In this document: one piece after another, positions 36,843 to 48,440 of the stretch | Numbering within the stretch: position 1 is the first letter of the stretch | How the letters are laid out: each line of letters begins with the position of its first letter | Assembly (NCBI GenBank): GCA_001938485.1 | Contig: MQRK01242253.1 | Location: forward strand, 1-64,000 | DNA: 64,000 nucleotides | Direction of reading: 5' to 3' | Source: Girardia tigrina | Lineage: Eukaryota | The notes under the pieces: generated by a model | Database searches by the model: none | What the model was told of the DNA's origin: nothing | Seen by the model: the letters and a program-made list of their open reading frames with translations, nothing else | Made by a program: the position numbers and the translations under genes

Positions 36843-38127
36843 ATACTAAAGTAATAATACCGAAAAAATAATAATAATATAATAAAATAGTAATAATGAA
36901 ATAATCATAATTTTTATTATACAAATTTAAATATTAGTAAATATAATAAATAATACTAAAATAATATTACAAATTATTCAATAATAATATTTATATATTT
37001 TACATATTATCTCTAATAACTACCCTGAGTCCCTGAGCAATGAGCTCAAACAAAAGGATAGTTACAGAGAGATTGAAGACCACATTTTATTTTATTTTTA
37101 AATGTTTATTTTTTTATATAATTTATTTTTTAGGAGGGTAAGGAATTTATTTATTTTAAATTTTTATTTTACAAATATTTTTAGTTTTCGAACTTTAACA
37201 AAATTATTTCATACAGTTTTATTGAAAAACTTTTGTTTTCTTGTTTTAACTCAGATTTAAATTTTGTACACTACATTTTAATTAGATACTGGATTTTAAA
37301 TATTTTAGATCTTAAAAAATTAAATATTCAAAAATTTCAAATTGGTCAGAAATCCTAACAAACAAATAAAAATTTATATAAATTGTTTATCCTAAAGGCT
37401 TGGGCATATACTTTTTTTTGCTCAAAGAGTCTCGATCGTTGACAAAATGTTAATTAATATATGAATATAAAGTAAGTAATTTTTAAAAATAATTATGTTG
37501 ATATAAAATTTATTATATTAGAGTTTAAGATTTCTTTTATATAGATAAATTTTCTCTAAAATTTATTGTTAAGCTTAGATGAAGCTCTCTAATTTTTGGG
37601 AATCCGGGGAAGAGACGTAGATTTCCTCGAACTCTCAACAAAAATAAAATAACAATTGGTTCACTTCTCTAGGTGGTTTTCCTAGAAAAGCAGGTAAATT
37701 GATATTTACCGCAGTATAATATTAATCAATCATTTTATTTATATAATATTAATACCTTATTTGTTAGGAATTTGTTCTTGTTATAATTTATTAAATTTAC
37801 TTAAATGAAGAACAACGTATCGGGATTTTCTGAAAATAAGCGCACCCAAAAACAAGCGCTCCTGTGCTTATTTTATATTTTTGTTTTAAAAAATAGGTGC
37901 ATGCTCCTATATTTGGCAACAAAAAACTGATTTTGAATTAATCGACTTCTTCTTTAGTTGATGCTATTTTCTTAACTAACTTAGTATTTGTTAGGGATTT
38001 TTTTCTGGTAAACTGTAAATTTTTAATTTTTAAATTAAAAATCATATTTATAGTTGAGATAAGGTAAAATAATGTTTTATTAATTAAAATGAAATAAATT
38101 CTGTATGGTAGTTTCCAAAAATAAGCA

Positions 38128-38590
38128 TGTTAAGAGAACTCACACATTTGACAGAACATTTATTACATTCGCATTTCTTATAATCTTTATATGATCAATA
38201 GTATTGCTTTCACTTAAATCCATCACTCAATTTTCAATATCTCTCATTATAATCTGAACTATACTTGAGAAAATTATTTTATTTAAGAATATTTAATTCA
38301 AATTTTATTGGCTAAAATAAAATATTTTTATAGTCATTTTTAAAAATTATTTTTATTTTAATTATTTAAAAATTTACAAAAATAAAATCAATAAAATTAT
38401 TTAAAGGTTGCAATAATAAGAATTAAACATTTGAATATTAAATCTAAATTTAAATAAATTAGTTTCAGATTATTAAGAATTAAAATATTTATCATCCATC
38501 TGATTAGGAGAGGCACAATCCCAAATCAATACACAACATTTAAACATTCAAACACTACAAAAAACAATTACACACCCCATATTCCTCACA
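38128..38590 (-). mobile_element. Solo LTR, family A (inverted copy), nested in a pogo-type MITE (~37820-38683)
   Basis: Reverse complement of 28254-28703 at high identity; TG...CA termini; 5-bp TSD AAGCA. Confidence 0.88.
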
Positions 38591-39114
38591 AAGCACATGC
38601 CCCAAATTTCGAGGACAAAGTGGAACACCTAAAAACATAAAAACTAAATACAAGCACATGTGCTTATTTACGGAAAATTCAGGTAAGAATTTGTTTTGTA
38701 AAAGATTTATTTAATATTGACAAAATTAACAATATTATTTATACAAGTAAATAAACAATATTTTGTGTGAGACGTCACTTATTCTATTTGATTTTTGGTT
38801 ATCAAGTTTCACTTTATAAACAAATTTGGTCAATTTAAAAATTGATTTTAGATATAAAGAATTATATGAATTTAAGTTATCAAAATTAAAATTTATTTAA
38901 TCCAAATTTTTAATTTATAATTTTAAAAAATTAATTTTTCACAAGTTTTAAATTTAACAAAAATTATTTTCTATTTGATATCTTCTACAATAACTAATTC
39001 TTAATGAACTTTCAACTCGATATCTTCCACAATAATAAATTCTTCTTAACCAATTTCCAATTAGATGTCTTTCACAATAATTAATTCTTGAAATTGAATT
39101 TTGATCCTTTAATA

Positions 39115-39449
39115 CAGGGGTCTCAAACACGCGGCCCGCAACGAAAAAACATAGATTTATAATTTAACTAAACTTAGTTAACAATTAAAATCATGATTGG
39201 CTTGATTTCACAGTAACATTAACTTTAGTATTTTAATGTAAGAAAGCAGCATAATGAATGCTAAAATATTAAAATAAAATCTAATGATCCTTAACTTTAN
39301 NNNNNNNNNNNTTTATAAAATTACAGATTTTCCTTTTAACATCTAGATTTATGTGTTTGAATTATTGTATGAAAATTTTTCAGTCATGCGGCCCTTATGG
39401 TTTTTTTGTCACACACGGCCCTCATTATAGCTTGAGTTTGAGACCCCTG
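39115..39449. mobile_element. hAT (Charlie-type) MITE
   Basis: TIR CAGGGGTCTCAAAC; 8-bp TSD CTTTAATA; GCGGCCC subterminal motifs. Confidence 0.92.
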
Positions 39450-39621
39450 CTTTAATACAATAAAAAACTATTGCTAATTCAATATTTATTTTTAACTTTT
39501 TATAGATTTCTTTAACTACGCTTAATTTTGATTCTTACGCATTATTTCAATTCAACTTACAATTTTTGGTCTTTAGACGTTTACAATTTTTAATTTTTAA
39601 TTTTTATATAAATAATAATAT

Positions 39622-40445
39622 TGTTGAGTGTTAACTGTGTTTTTATATAAAAAAATAAAGAACTCTAGTTTTATTTTATAAAAATGTATTTATATATCTA
39701 CAATCGATTACAGGTAAGAAGGTTTGATCAAGGAATAGTATTTTGTTTGGCCCCTGGCCGATTTTATATTGAGACACCGAGCGCCTTTAGCGACAACTCG
39801 GGTTGGTTTAATTTTTAAATGTGTATCACACTTTACAGCGTGAATATATATCAAATATTGGTATTTTAAAAAAATAGTTACTCTTTCAGTAAATCAATAG
39901 TTTCTCAAATAATAGTATCTTATAATTACTTTTTCAGTTAGTCAATAGTCTCTCATTTTTTGAACTGATTATTCGCTCCTATTTATACTGTTATCGAGAT
40001 CGCTTAAATCGTGATCGTTGAAATATTTGGAATACACTCTCTCAAATCGTGATCGTCGAAATAGGTAGAATTCTCTCTCTCAATCGTGATCGTTAGAATG
40101 ATTTGGAATTCGATCTCTCAATTCGTGATTGTCGAAATAGTTTGGAATTCTTCCAAAAAATTTTTAATTAGTGATGACCTTTTATATTGGTCATCTATTA
40201 ATTATTATTTTCTTATTTTTTTAATTTAATTTTTTATTTATAATTTTCCTTTAATTAATCTAAATTTGTTTTTCTTTTATGTATTTAAACTATTAAACTT
40301 TTTTCTATTTTCTTTATTTATTTATATAAAAAATATAATTTTATATTTCTTGTCATAAATATTCCATTTATGAAAAAATATAATTGTTTATCAAAATTTA
40401 TTAATTTAGACAATACATTATAAATTTTGAGATATTCCCTCAACA
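39622..40445 (-). mobile_element. Solo LTR, family C (824 bp), with internal 4 x ~38-bp tandem repeat
   Basis: TGTTGAG...CTCAACA termini; TSD ATAT; minus-strand TATAAATAG at ~39980; repeats at 40006-40150. Confidence 0.8.
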
Positions 40446-41533
40446 ATATTTATAGTTAATTTTTTTTCTTTATTTACTTTTTAATATAAATATTAAGTAA
40501 ATAATAATACTCTATTATTATTATTTTTTAAAGTTTATAAAATCAACAAAATATACGAAACACATTCCCTAACAAATTCAAGCACAAGTTTAATATTATT
40601 ATTCTCGATCGATATAAATTAAATAAGGCTCCGAAGAAATTCTAGCTGTAAACAGGTTCAAGTATATTGTATGATAAAATTTGGTCAATTTTATCTCGAT
40701 CAATCTTTCGATAAAATTATGAAGATAATTTGATTATATTATTTTTTCGATAGAAATTGAGAATGCTCCTGGCTCGAATAATTTTACGAGACCTAATTGA
40801 TTTAAAAATAAACAAACAATTTGTGTTCCGTCAGATCGATATGGCATTTATGATCAGAACAATTTTAGAAATAAATGCTGATGCTTTCATTTTAACTGAT
40901 TTTTCATGTGTTTGTAGCGGAATTCTTATTTGAACCCTGTTTAGTAAGATTGAATTAAAAACTACACCTTACAAATTAATTACTATCAACATACAATGAG
41001 GACAGGGGTTGTGTAGAAACATTACGCAAATTTGGTTTAATATTCACAAATCTTGTGAGAACCTTGATTAAGATGTAATATTAATTAATAATAATGCGAA
41101 CACTAAATAATTTTAAGACATCAATTTTCTATATATATATAACCTACACAAGAATTAAAAAAATATTTCAATAAATTAATTTCAAAAGGTTTTGAAAAAA
41201 TCTAAGTTTAAATATATTTTGTAATTTATTATCTAAAAATTTTTTAATCGTAAAATAAAAAAAGAATTTATATTTAATTTCCACACTCAACCCACTAAAT
41301 AATTAGAAAAAAATCTTTTTCATAAACACTTTTTATTAAAAGAAAATCCATATTTCCAAAATTACAATTAAAAAAAATAAATCAAACGAAAAAAGAGTTT
41401 TGTTTGAATTCTCTAAATTCAAAATTCAAAATAATCGAATGGTCGACTGTTTTATTTCATAAAAATTAAAACAGAAAATCATTTTAAAACCCCATTACCA
41501 TTGGAAAAAATCCTCATTTCCCAACAACAACAA

Positions 41534-41564
41534 ATGGCCTCCAATAACATGTATCGAGTTGGAG
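41534..41564 (+). CDS. MTA1: MTA-family protein exon 1 (MASNNMYRVG)
   Basis: Matches the MTA N-terminus MAANMYRVGDYVYFE; GTAAAA donor. Confidence 0.9.
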
Positions 41565-41659
41565 GTAAAATTTATATTATTAACAATTTTAATAGAAAAA
41601 ATACCGAAATTTTTTTTCTTTTTAATTTCATTTTTTTCGAACGATTACGAAAAAAACAG

Positions 41660-41727
41660 ATTTTGTGTACTTTGAGACATCGGCCGGAGCACCGTATCAA
41701 ATCAGGAAGATCGAAGAGCTCAATAAA
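41660..41727 (+). CDS. MTA1: MTA exon 2, BAH domain (DFVYFETSAGAPYQIRKIEELNK)
   Basis: Conserved PYxIRRIEELNK motif; CAG/GTGATC boundaries in phase. Confidence 0.9.
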
Positions 41728-41792
41728 GTGATCGATTTCATTGATTTGTTTCTAATAATAATTCGTTTTCCTTTTCAACAAATAAAAATCAG

Positions 41793-41886
41793 ACGACAAC
41801 CGGTGCCGTTGAAGCGAAAGTCGTATGTTTCTATCGGCGTAGAGATTTGACGAATTCTCTCTTGCAAATCGCCGATAAAGTTAATT
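41793..41886 (+). CDS. MTA1: MTA exon 3, BAH domain ([31 protein letters not shown])
   Basis: [13 protein letters not shown] is the MTA motif. The GTAATA donor at 41887 gives the phase 1 that exon 4 needs. Confidence 0.85.
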
Positions 41887-42619
41887 GTAATAATTATTGT
41901 CGATTTGATTTATTTATGATTTATTGATTGATTTTTATTGTGATTTGTCGTGGCGAATTTTTAGATTTTTTTGCTAAATAATGAAATATTAAAAAAATAA
42001 TAAAATTATTTTTATAATTTTAAAATTTATATTTCTAAAATGTTTTTTTGAATATTATTTGTTATTTTTTTCTAAAATAATTTTACTATTTAATATTTTT
42101 TTGAATAATTTTGAATATTTTGTATGATTTTTAAAATATTTATTATAATTTTAATATATTTTGTAATAATCAATAATAAGTGTTATTATTTATTATTTAA
42201 ATTATAATTTTTAAATATTTTATTTAAAATAATCGAAGAATTTTCTCTTGCAAATCGCCGATAAAGTTAATTGTAATAATTATTGTCGATTCGATTTATT
42301 GATTGATTTTTATTGGGATTTGTGATTTTTAATTTTCCTAATAGTTTTAATTTAATAAATAAATAATATATTTTTTAATATTATTTAATTTTTTTGAAAA
42401 ATAATTTTACTATTTTATAATTTATTTTCACATTTATTATAATTTTATTACTAATATATTTTTTAAATAATCCAAACAATAATAAATAATATTTAAATAA
42501 TAATAATTTATAAAAGTTTTTCAAATAATAATTTTCGATTTCTGTTTACAAATCGCCGTTAAAATTTGATTTCAATAGAATTTTAAAATTATTTTTATCC
42601 TTTTATTTTTTAATAATTT

Positions 42620-43120
42620 ATTCAATATTTTTATAATACTATTTGTTATTTCAATATTCAATATTAATTTAATTTTACAATATTTTTTCCCGAATAATAA
42701 TTTTTGATATTTCTAAATATATTTTTATTAATTTTAATTTAATTATATTTTTTAATTAATATTTTTTTTCCAGAATAATAATTTTTGATATTTCTAAATA
42801 TATTTTTATTTTGTTATTTTAATATTCAATATTAATTTAATTTTACAATATTTTTTCCGAATAATAATTTTTGATATTTCTAAATATATTTTTATTAATT
42901 TTAATTTAATTATATTTTTTTAATTTATATTTAATTAATATTTTTTTCCAGAATAATAATTTTTGATATTTCTAAATATATTTTTATTAATTTTTAATTT
43001 AATTATATTTTTTTAATTAATATTTAATTAATATTTTTTTCCGAATAATAATTTTTGATATTTCTAAATATATTTTTATTAATTTTAATTTAATTAAATT
43101 TTTTCGATAATTTTTTAAGT
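42620..43120. repeat. AT-rich minisatellite, ~85-90-bp unit, 5-6 copies
   Basis: Recurrent TTTTTCC(A)GAATAATAATTTTTGATATTTCTAAATATATTTTTATT. Confidence 0.85.
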
Positions 43121-43246
43121 ACTTAATTTTTGAAATAGTTTAAAACATATTTCATATTATATTATTATTTGTGCAAAAATTGCCAGGGGAATCATAAAGA
43201 ATGGTATTTGTTAATAATTAATTTAATGTGGTTTTTCTGATTATAG

Positions 43247-43299
43247 ACGACAGTCAGGAGAATTTGGTATCGATGCTGACCGAAGAACAGTTACATTTG
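43247..43299 (+). CDS. MTA1: MTA exon 4 (YDSQENLVSMLTEEQLHL)
   Basis: TAG acceptor, GTGAGT donor; aligns to the region before LKHRELF in MTA proteins. Confidence 0.8.
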
Positions 43300-43399
43300 G
43301 TGAGTTGGATGGGCTAGTTATCGATTGTTTATGATTAATAATATATGTGGATAAAGTTCTGTTAACAAACTAATAATAATAATTATTAAACTGACTTCC

Positions 43400-43860
43400 A
43401 CAGAAATTTTAATTGCTAATATGTACTTAGTTGTCGGCCAAAATGATTATATTTCAAAGAGTTCATAAAAATTGATGCCAACGTTAGTTGCTCGTACCAT
43501 GGAACCTTGAAAAGAAATGTACATTTTAGCAGAAAATTTAAGAACTTCTTCCATTGGTATATTTATAAACAAGATCGGAGCACAAACCGAGAGGAGTGGG
43601 AGAGTTATTGCCTTAAATTATTGATGTAATGGGTGTAACGCCACATACACTGGAGAGACATCAAATGGATCAAAGAGCGCAGTCGATGGGAGCAATATTG
43701 ACGAACATAATTTGAAATGTAAAAAGAAAATCGAAGAAAATGATTTTAAAATTCTGTGTAATCGATTTAAGAATTACTGGGAGAGAGTGGCGTGTGAGCC
43801 TCATTAATACGATCCATGGATCCGAAAATTAATATTCCAGCTTCACACTCAAATTCTCTG
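43400..43860 (+). mobile_element. Penelope-like GIY-YIG endonuclease remnant
   Basis: CNGCNATYTGETS...IDEH...DFKILC..KNYWERVACE. Confidence 0.7.
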
Positions 43861-44183
43861 TTAACCATTTTCAAATAGAGCATTGATTGCACAATCACCA
43901 TTCTCATGTACACGCTGCAAAAACTAGTGTCAATTTAGTCTGAAGATGGCGTTGGGCAATCCGCCGAAATTAATTACGAAACCAAAAATAAAATTTGAAA
44001 AATGGCTGTTGGTACGAGAGCGGCGTAGCGCGGTGGCGGCATCCAGGGATCGGGAAATTAGTGTTTCTTGGGCACTTCCATCACTCTCGATCGCCAGATC
44101 TCTGGGGTTCGTCGCTCCATCCCCGTCCTCCGTTTCAAATAAATGCACAAGCACTCATTCTCCATCATCTCCACTACACTCCG

Positions 44184-44500
44184 TCAATGTCGATCGAACA
44201 ATTCTTTAACAATGTCTGGAACACGGTGTTCCGATAAAGAATTTTCAAAATGTTTCTTCGCACTGATTAGATCATCTAATTTTAAATGAACACTCTCCGC
44301 TCTTGAACCGGTTTTGGCGAGCAATTTATAATCACCCCGATTTTCACGTCCTACTTCAACGGTGTTATCACACACAATAATACATCGCGCATATTCTCCT
44401 CCTTCGCAACGCACAGCACAACACGTGTAATTCTTTGGATCAAGTTCGCAAATTTCATTACAATGATCAAGAGCGACTGAAAAACTCTTCGACTTTTCGA
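44184..44500 (-). pseudogene. STIP1: STI1/Hop (STIP1) TPR2A-domain fragment, degenerate
   Basis: ELDPKNYT...VEVGRENRGDYKLLAK...SLSEHRVPDIVK aligns with Hop ELDPTNMT...IEVGRENREDYRQIAK...SLAEHRTPDVLK. Small deletion, stop right after the domain. Confidence 0.75.
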
Positions 44501-45689
44501 CTAACATTGATGTTGTAATTAGCGTTTGTGCCACTTTCATTATTATCAAATTCCGAATCATAATGTATCACCACAAAATTTATTAATATCAACAATTCAC
44601 AAATTTAAACAAATTTCTTGCTAGTTCAATTATCTCGCCACAAATTAATTCATTAAATTCTTTCGATTAAATTTTGAAAATTTACGAAATTTAAACCTTA
44701 AATTAATTCAAACATTTCACGAACCTTTATCATAAAAACTAATTAATTTAAATTTACAATAAATCCTTTTATTAAAAAAATATTTCTTAAAATATTAATA
44801 CGTTAATTATTTATTTTAAAATTTATTTAAACTTATTTCATAACTTTTATTAAAAATATCAATTGTTATTACTCTAATCCACCCCCCCCTGATAAAATGC
44901 CCTAAAAGTTGTTTAAAAAAATTATTACGAAAAACAAAATTTAGAGGAACGGGTCCTCTCGTTTTTCCCCCAATTAAAATCCAATTGGGCGTTCCCATTT
45001 TAATCCACGTTTTCGGCCCTACTGGCGAGGCTGAAAACAAAGATTAATATAGAAACCCTTGATTGGATTTTAATCGGGGAGAAAAAAGGAGGTCCGAGGA
45101 ACGTTTAAGGAGCTTAAGGATCGTTTAAGTTTAGAGGGTTAAAATCGGGAGACACCCCCACCCCTGAAAATATTAAAACATAATTAGCCACCCCAATTAT
45201 ATTTAAGATTGCTAGATCTTTCAGGAATTTTTTTCCACCCCCCTCTGCAATCCCGGCTACGCCGCTGCTGTAAGCATATTTTAAATAGATATTTTATCAT
45301 ATTTTTAAATTTTATTTTTCTAACTTATTTCTTTTAAATTTTCAAATTAAAAAAATAATAAACTATTTTGGCGAAACTTAAATTTAAACTAACCCTTCAT
45401 AGATGTAATTCCTCCCCGTGAAAGTCGCCATACAAAACATCATATCAAATGAAAAAATAAAATCACCGCGCCAAATTTTTTATTATTTCCAACATAAATT
45501 TCACAAAATCAAATTTTCGCCGAAATTGTCACACCAAAATTTATCGATTAAAACAAATTATCAAATTCCGATCACGTACACCAAATCACAAAAAACCGCC
45601 GTAAAAAATTACATATTTGATTCAATTAAACAACAAAATCAACAATTTTTGCATTTGTTTTTCCTTTCGGAAAGTTGAGACGCTAAATG

Positions 45690-46550
45690 AGTGTCTACGC
45701 ATAACGAATATGTGGTAATATCGATCAGAAAGACTGTTACAATATATCTATCTGAATAAAAATCACAATAAAACAAATGTTCATCAAGAAATAGTACGAA
45801 AATTGCGCTCTTAATCCATTAAAACTAATCAATAATATAAAATCAGTAAAAAGTGAGTGTGCATTATGAATATAATTATCAAAACTTCTTTCAAAATCAA
45901 AATTTACTTTAAAAAATTTTTCCAAAGTGGTTTGTACTGCATTATCTTTTTTTGCGCATAAATTTCTTTATAGCAATTTATGCTACCCAGAACTGATCTG
46001 TTCACCCTCGAACTTCTTTCGTGATTAGGGTCATCTTGATTGAATATCTGCAGAGTTTGATCAATTAATTGAAAAGCTTGAGCTAAACGTTTCGTCGTTA
46101 ATGTTTGTTCTACGGCAATATCTTCGATATTTTCCACAGAATCACTACTGTGTGCTGTCTGAAATTCAATTTCCATTAATTGAGAAGTTGTTATCTCTTC
46201 ATTGTGCGAATCCCTTCTATATCTTCGACCTACATTCCTTCAACTTACAATGCGTATGCCAAGTCAACAATCTCTTTAATTGCAGTTATCCTATCATTAT
46301 TCGTGTCATTTTCCAATGGGCTATGTACACATTCCGGCCATAATTTACGCCAACAACCGTTCATGCTTTTGTTGGACACTTTATTCCAAGATGCTGCAAT
46401 ATATCTAATCCCATCTAATATAGTGAAGTTTTTCCAGAACGTTTTCGTTGTAACATTATCAATTCCTTCCGTGGCTGTGAAAAGTTCCCTGAAATTTTAT
46501 ATGGCAAGAAACAAAAAATCAATCGACGCATAACGAATAGACGCATAGCG
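45690..46550 (-). mobile_element. Tigger/pogo transposase 3' remnant
   Basis: FWKNFTILDGIRYIAASWNKVS....NGCWRKLWPE...DDPNHERSSRV...CYKEIY. Confidence 0.85.
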
Positions 46551-46614
46551 GGCCTTCTTTTTCACATTTTCTTTTTTTTGATTTTAGTTGTTATTTTTTT
46601 AGTGTTTTTTCTTA

Positions 46615-46995
46615 CGAGGGGCGTTCCGTAAGTAATTGGAAATACTTATATGCGGGTGTGTGCGTGTGTGTGCATCTTATAGAGGGACAGATGGCGTGGT
46701 GGCGTGATGTACTTACCAGCCAATAGAAATCGAGCAAAAGTACGTTCTCAGCGTGCCATCATCTTCTTCCTTTGGAAAGAGGATACTCCAGTGTCTGACA
46801 TTGTGCGCCGCTTATCAAATGTGTTTCAAGGAAGAACCCTGCAAAAGTCTGCCGTCTACAATTGGGTGCATCAATTCGAAAATGGACGTGAATCCTTGGA
46901 CGACGAGGACAGGAGTGGACGTCCAGCAACGACGAGCATGGTAGAAAATGTGGAAAAAGTGTCGGAGACCATCAATGCAAATCGTTGCCTTACCA
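46615..46995 (+). mobile_element. 5' fragment of a mariner related to the 27228-29675 element
   Basis: TA-CGAGGGGCGTTCC TIR; SQRAIIFFLWKEDTP...GRESLDDEDRSGRP. Confidence 0.85.
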
Positions 46996-47501
46996 AGTTT
47001 GACAGTGATGAGGATGACGAATGACAATAAATGCTTTCTTGTGGTGTCGTCTCCCTTTTTTCCACTTACTTTCGGAACGCCCTCGTTCACATTTAATTCT
47101 TTTAATTATCTTAACTTTTTTATATTGCCTGTCGAGATTCTTTACACAACAGTAAAATATTTTTACAACCAAACAAACATCGAGTCCAAAAAAATAAAAC
47201 AACATCACAACGTTAATCACCAAAAAAGAAATCGCAAGGAAAATTTCAATATCAATAAGTTCTAAGTATTGAGACTCCAATCGAAATTTGGGTGTACTTA
47301 GATTTGTGCCCCCATGCGAATCGAACAATGGCGTTCTGTTTCTATTTATCAACAGTATAAATTGCCATTGTTTTTTATATTTTTATAGAATTAAATGTTT
47401 TTGAAAACTTGAAATAAAAAATCTTTGAAAATAATATATTTTTTAAATTTTCGAATTTTTTTTAGAAATTAAATGATCATTAATTAATAAAATATTTTTA
47501 A

Positions 47502-48440
47502 CCCGTTGACTACCGAATTTTTTTTAGAGATATGTTAATTTTATTGAAGTTTTAGACGCAACAAAGGTAATTCAGCATGAAAAAATTTTAAAAAAGACTT
47601 AGAAATATTTATTACACAAGAGTTACAAAAATGAGTTTTTTGTGCTACAAACAAGAGTTTTCAATGAATATTGCAGTATTATTATATTGTACTGATTGGA
47701 ATTGGTTTTTATCACTCATCTACATCAAAATGAAGCTTAGTGTGGTAAATTCGGAAACAATTTGGTACGCATAATGGCGCATTACAGTCAAGGCACATGA
47801 AATAACTTAGTTGTCTAATTTGTTTCGCACTACAAACAATACAATTTCTTCTACTTCGTTCTCTACTCTGTGGATCTTGTGGGAAATTGTCGGGAAAGTG
47901 ACGAGCAACTAATCTCATAGGTGTAGCAGCATTAGAAGGTCTACCAACTCTATTTCTCTTTGAAGGATCATATCTCTGAAGTATTTTATACCACTTCAAA
48001 GTTTTCCTAATTGAAGCAGAGAATAATATCTGCATGTCAGTTTCATCAACAGCTCCCATTTTTTTGCGAATATTCCATGACTAGAGCGGACTTCATAATT
48101 TCTGTTCCGTTTGATCTATCAATTTTTCCACTGTTCAAGAAATTTGTACTATTTACATGTATATATCTCGTTTGTCTTTCCATTTCATTGCTAGAAGAGC
48201 TTAAGACGAAAACCATTGAATATCTCCTTTTCGTGATTTTCCAGTGAATTTTTTCTCACTGTTCCACATGCTCCAGTTTTGTTCTGATGCAATAAATTGA
48301 ATAGAGTTGGACTAGAGAGCGAGAGAGCTGGACTAGAAAAGTTAATAGTAATATTTAGAAAAAAAACCGCATTAAAGATGCCTCTTCGTTCAAAAGTTAT
48401 AGGCCGTAAACTTATGTACAGGTCTCCGGTAGTCAACGGG
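47502..48440 (-). mobile_element. Internally deleted piggyBac
   Basis: TIR CCCGTTGACTACCG; TTAA TSDs; GACGTVRKN, MGAVDETD, and a C-terminal CxxC...CxxC..PLC..CF..YH domain. Confidence 0.93.

Noticed and set aside
40006-40150. Regularly spaced repeats resembling a CRISPR array
   Set aside because: Units are contiguous tandem copies with no unique spacers, inside an LTR, in a eukaryotic locus with no cas genes.
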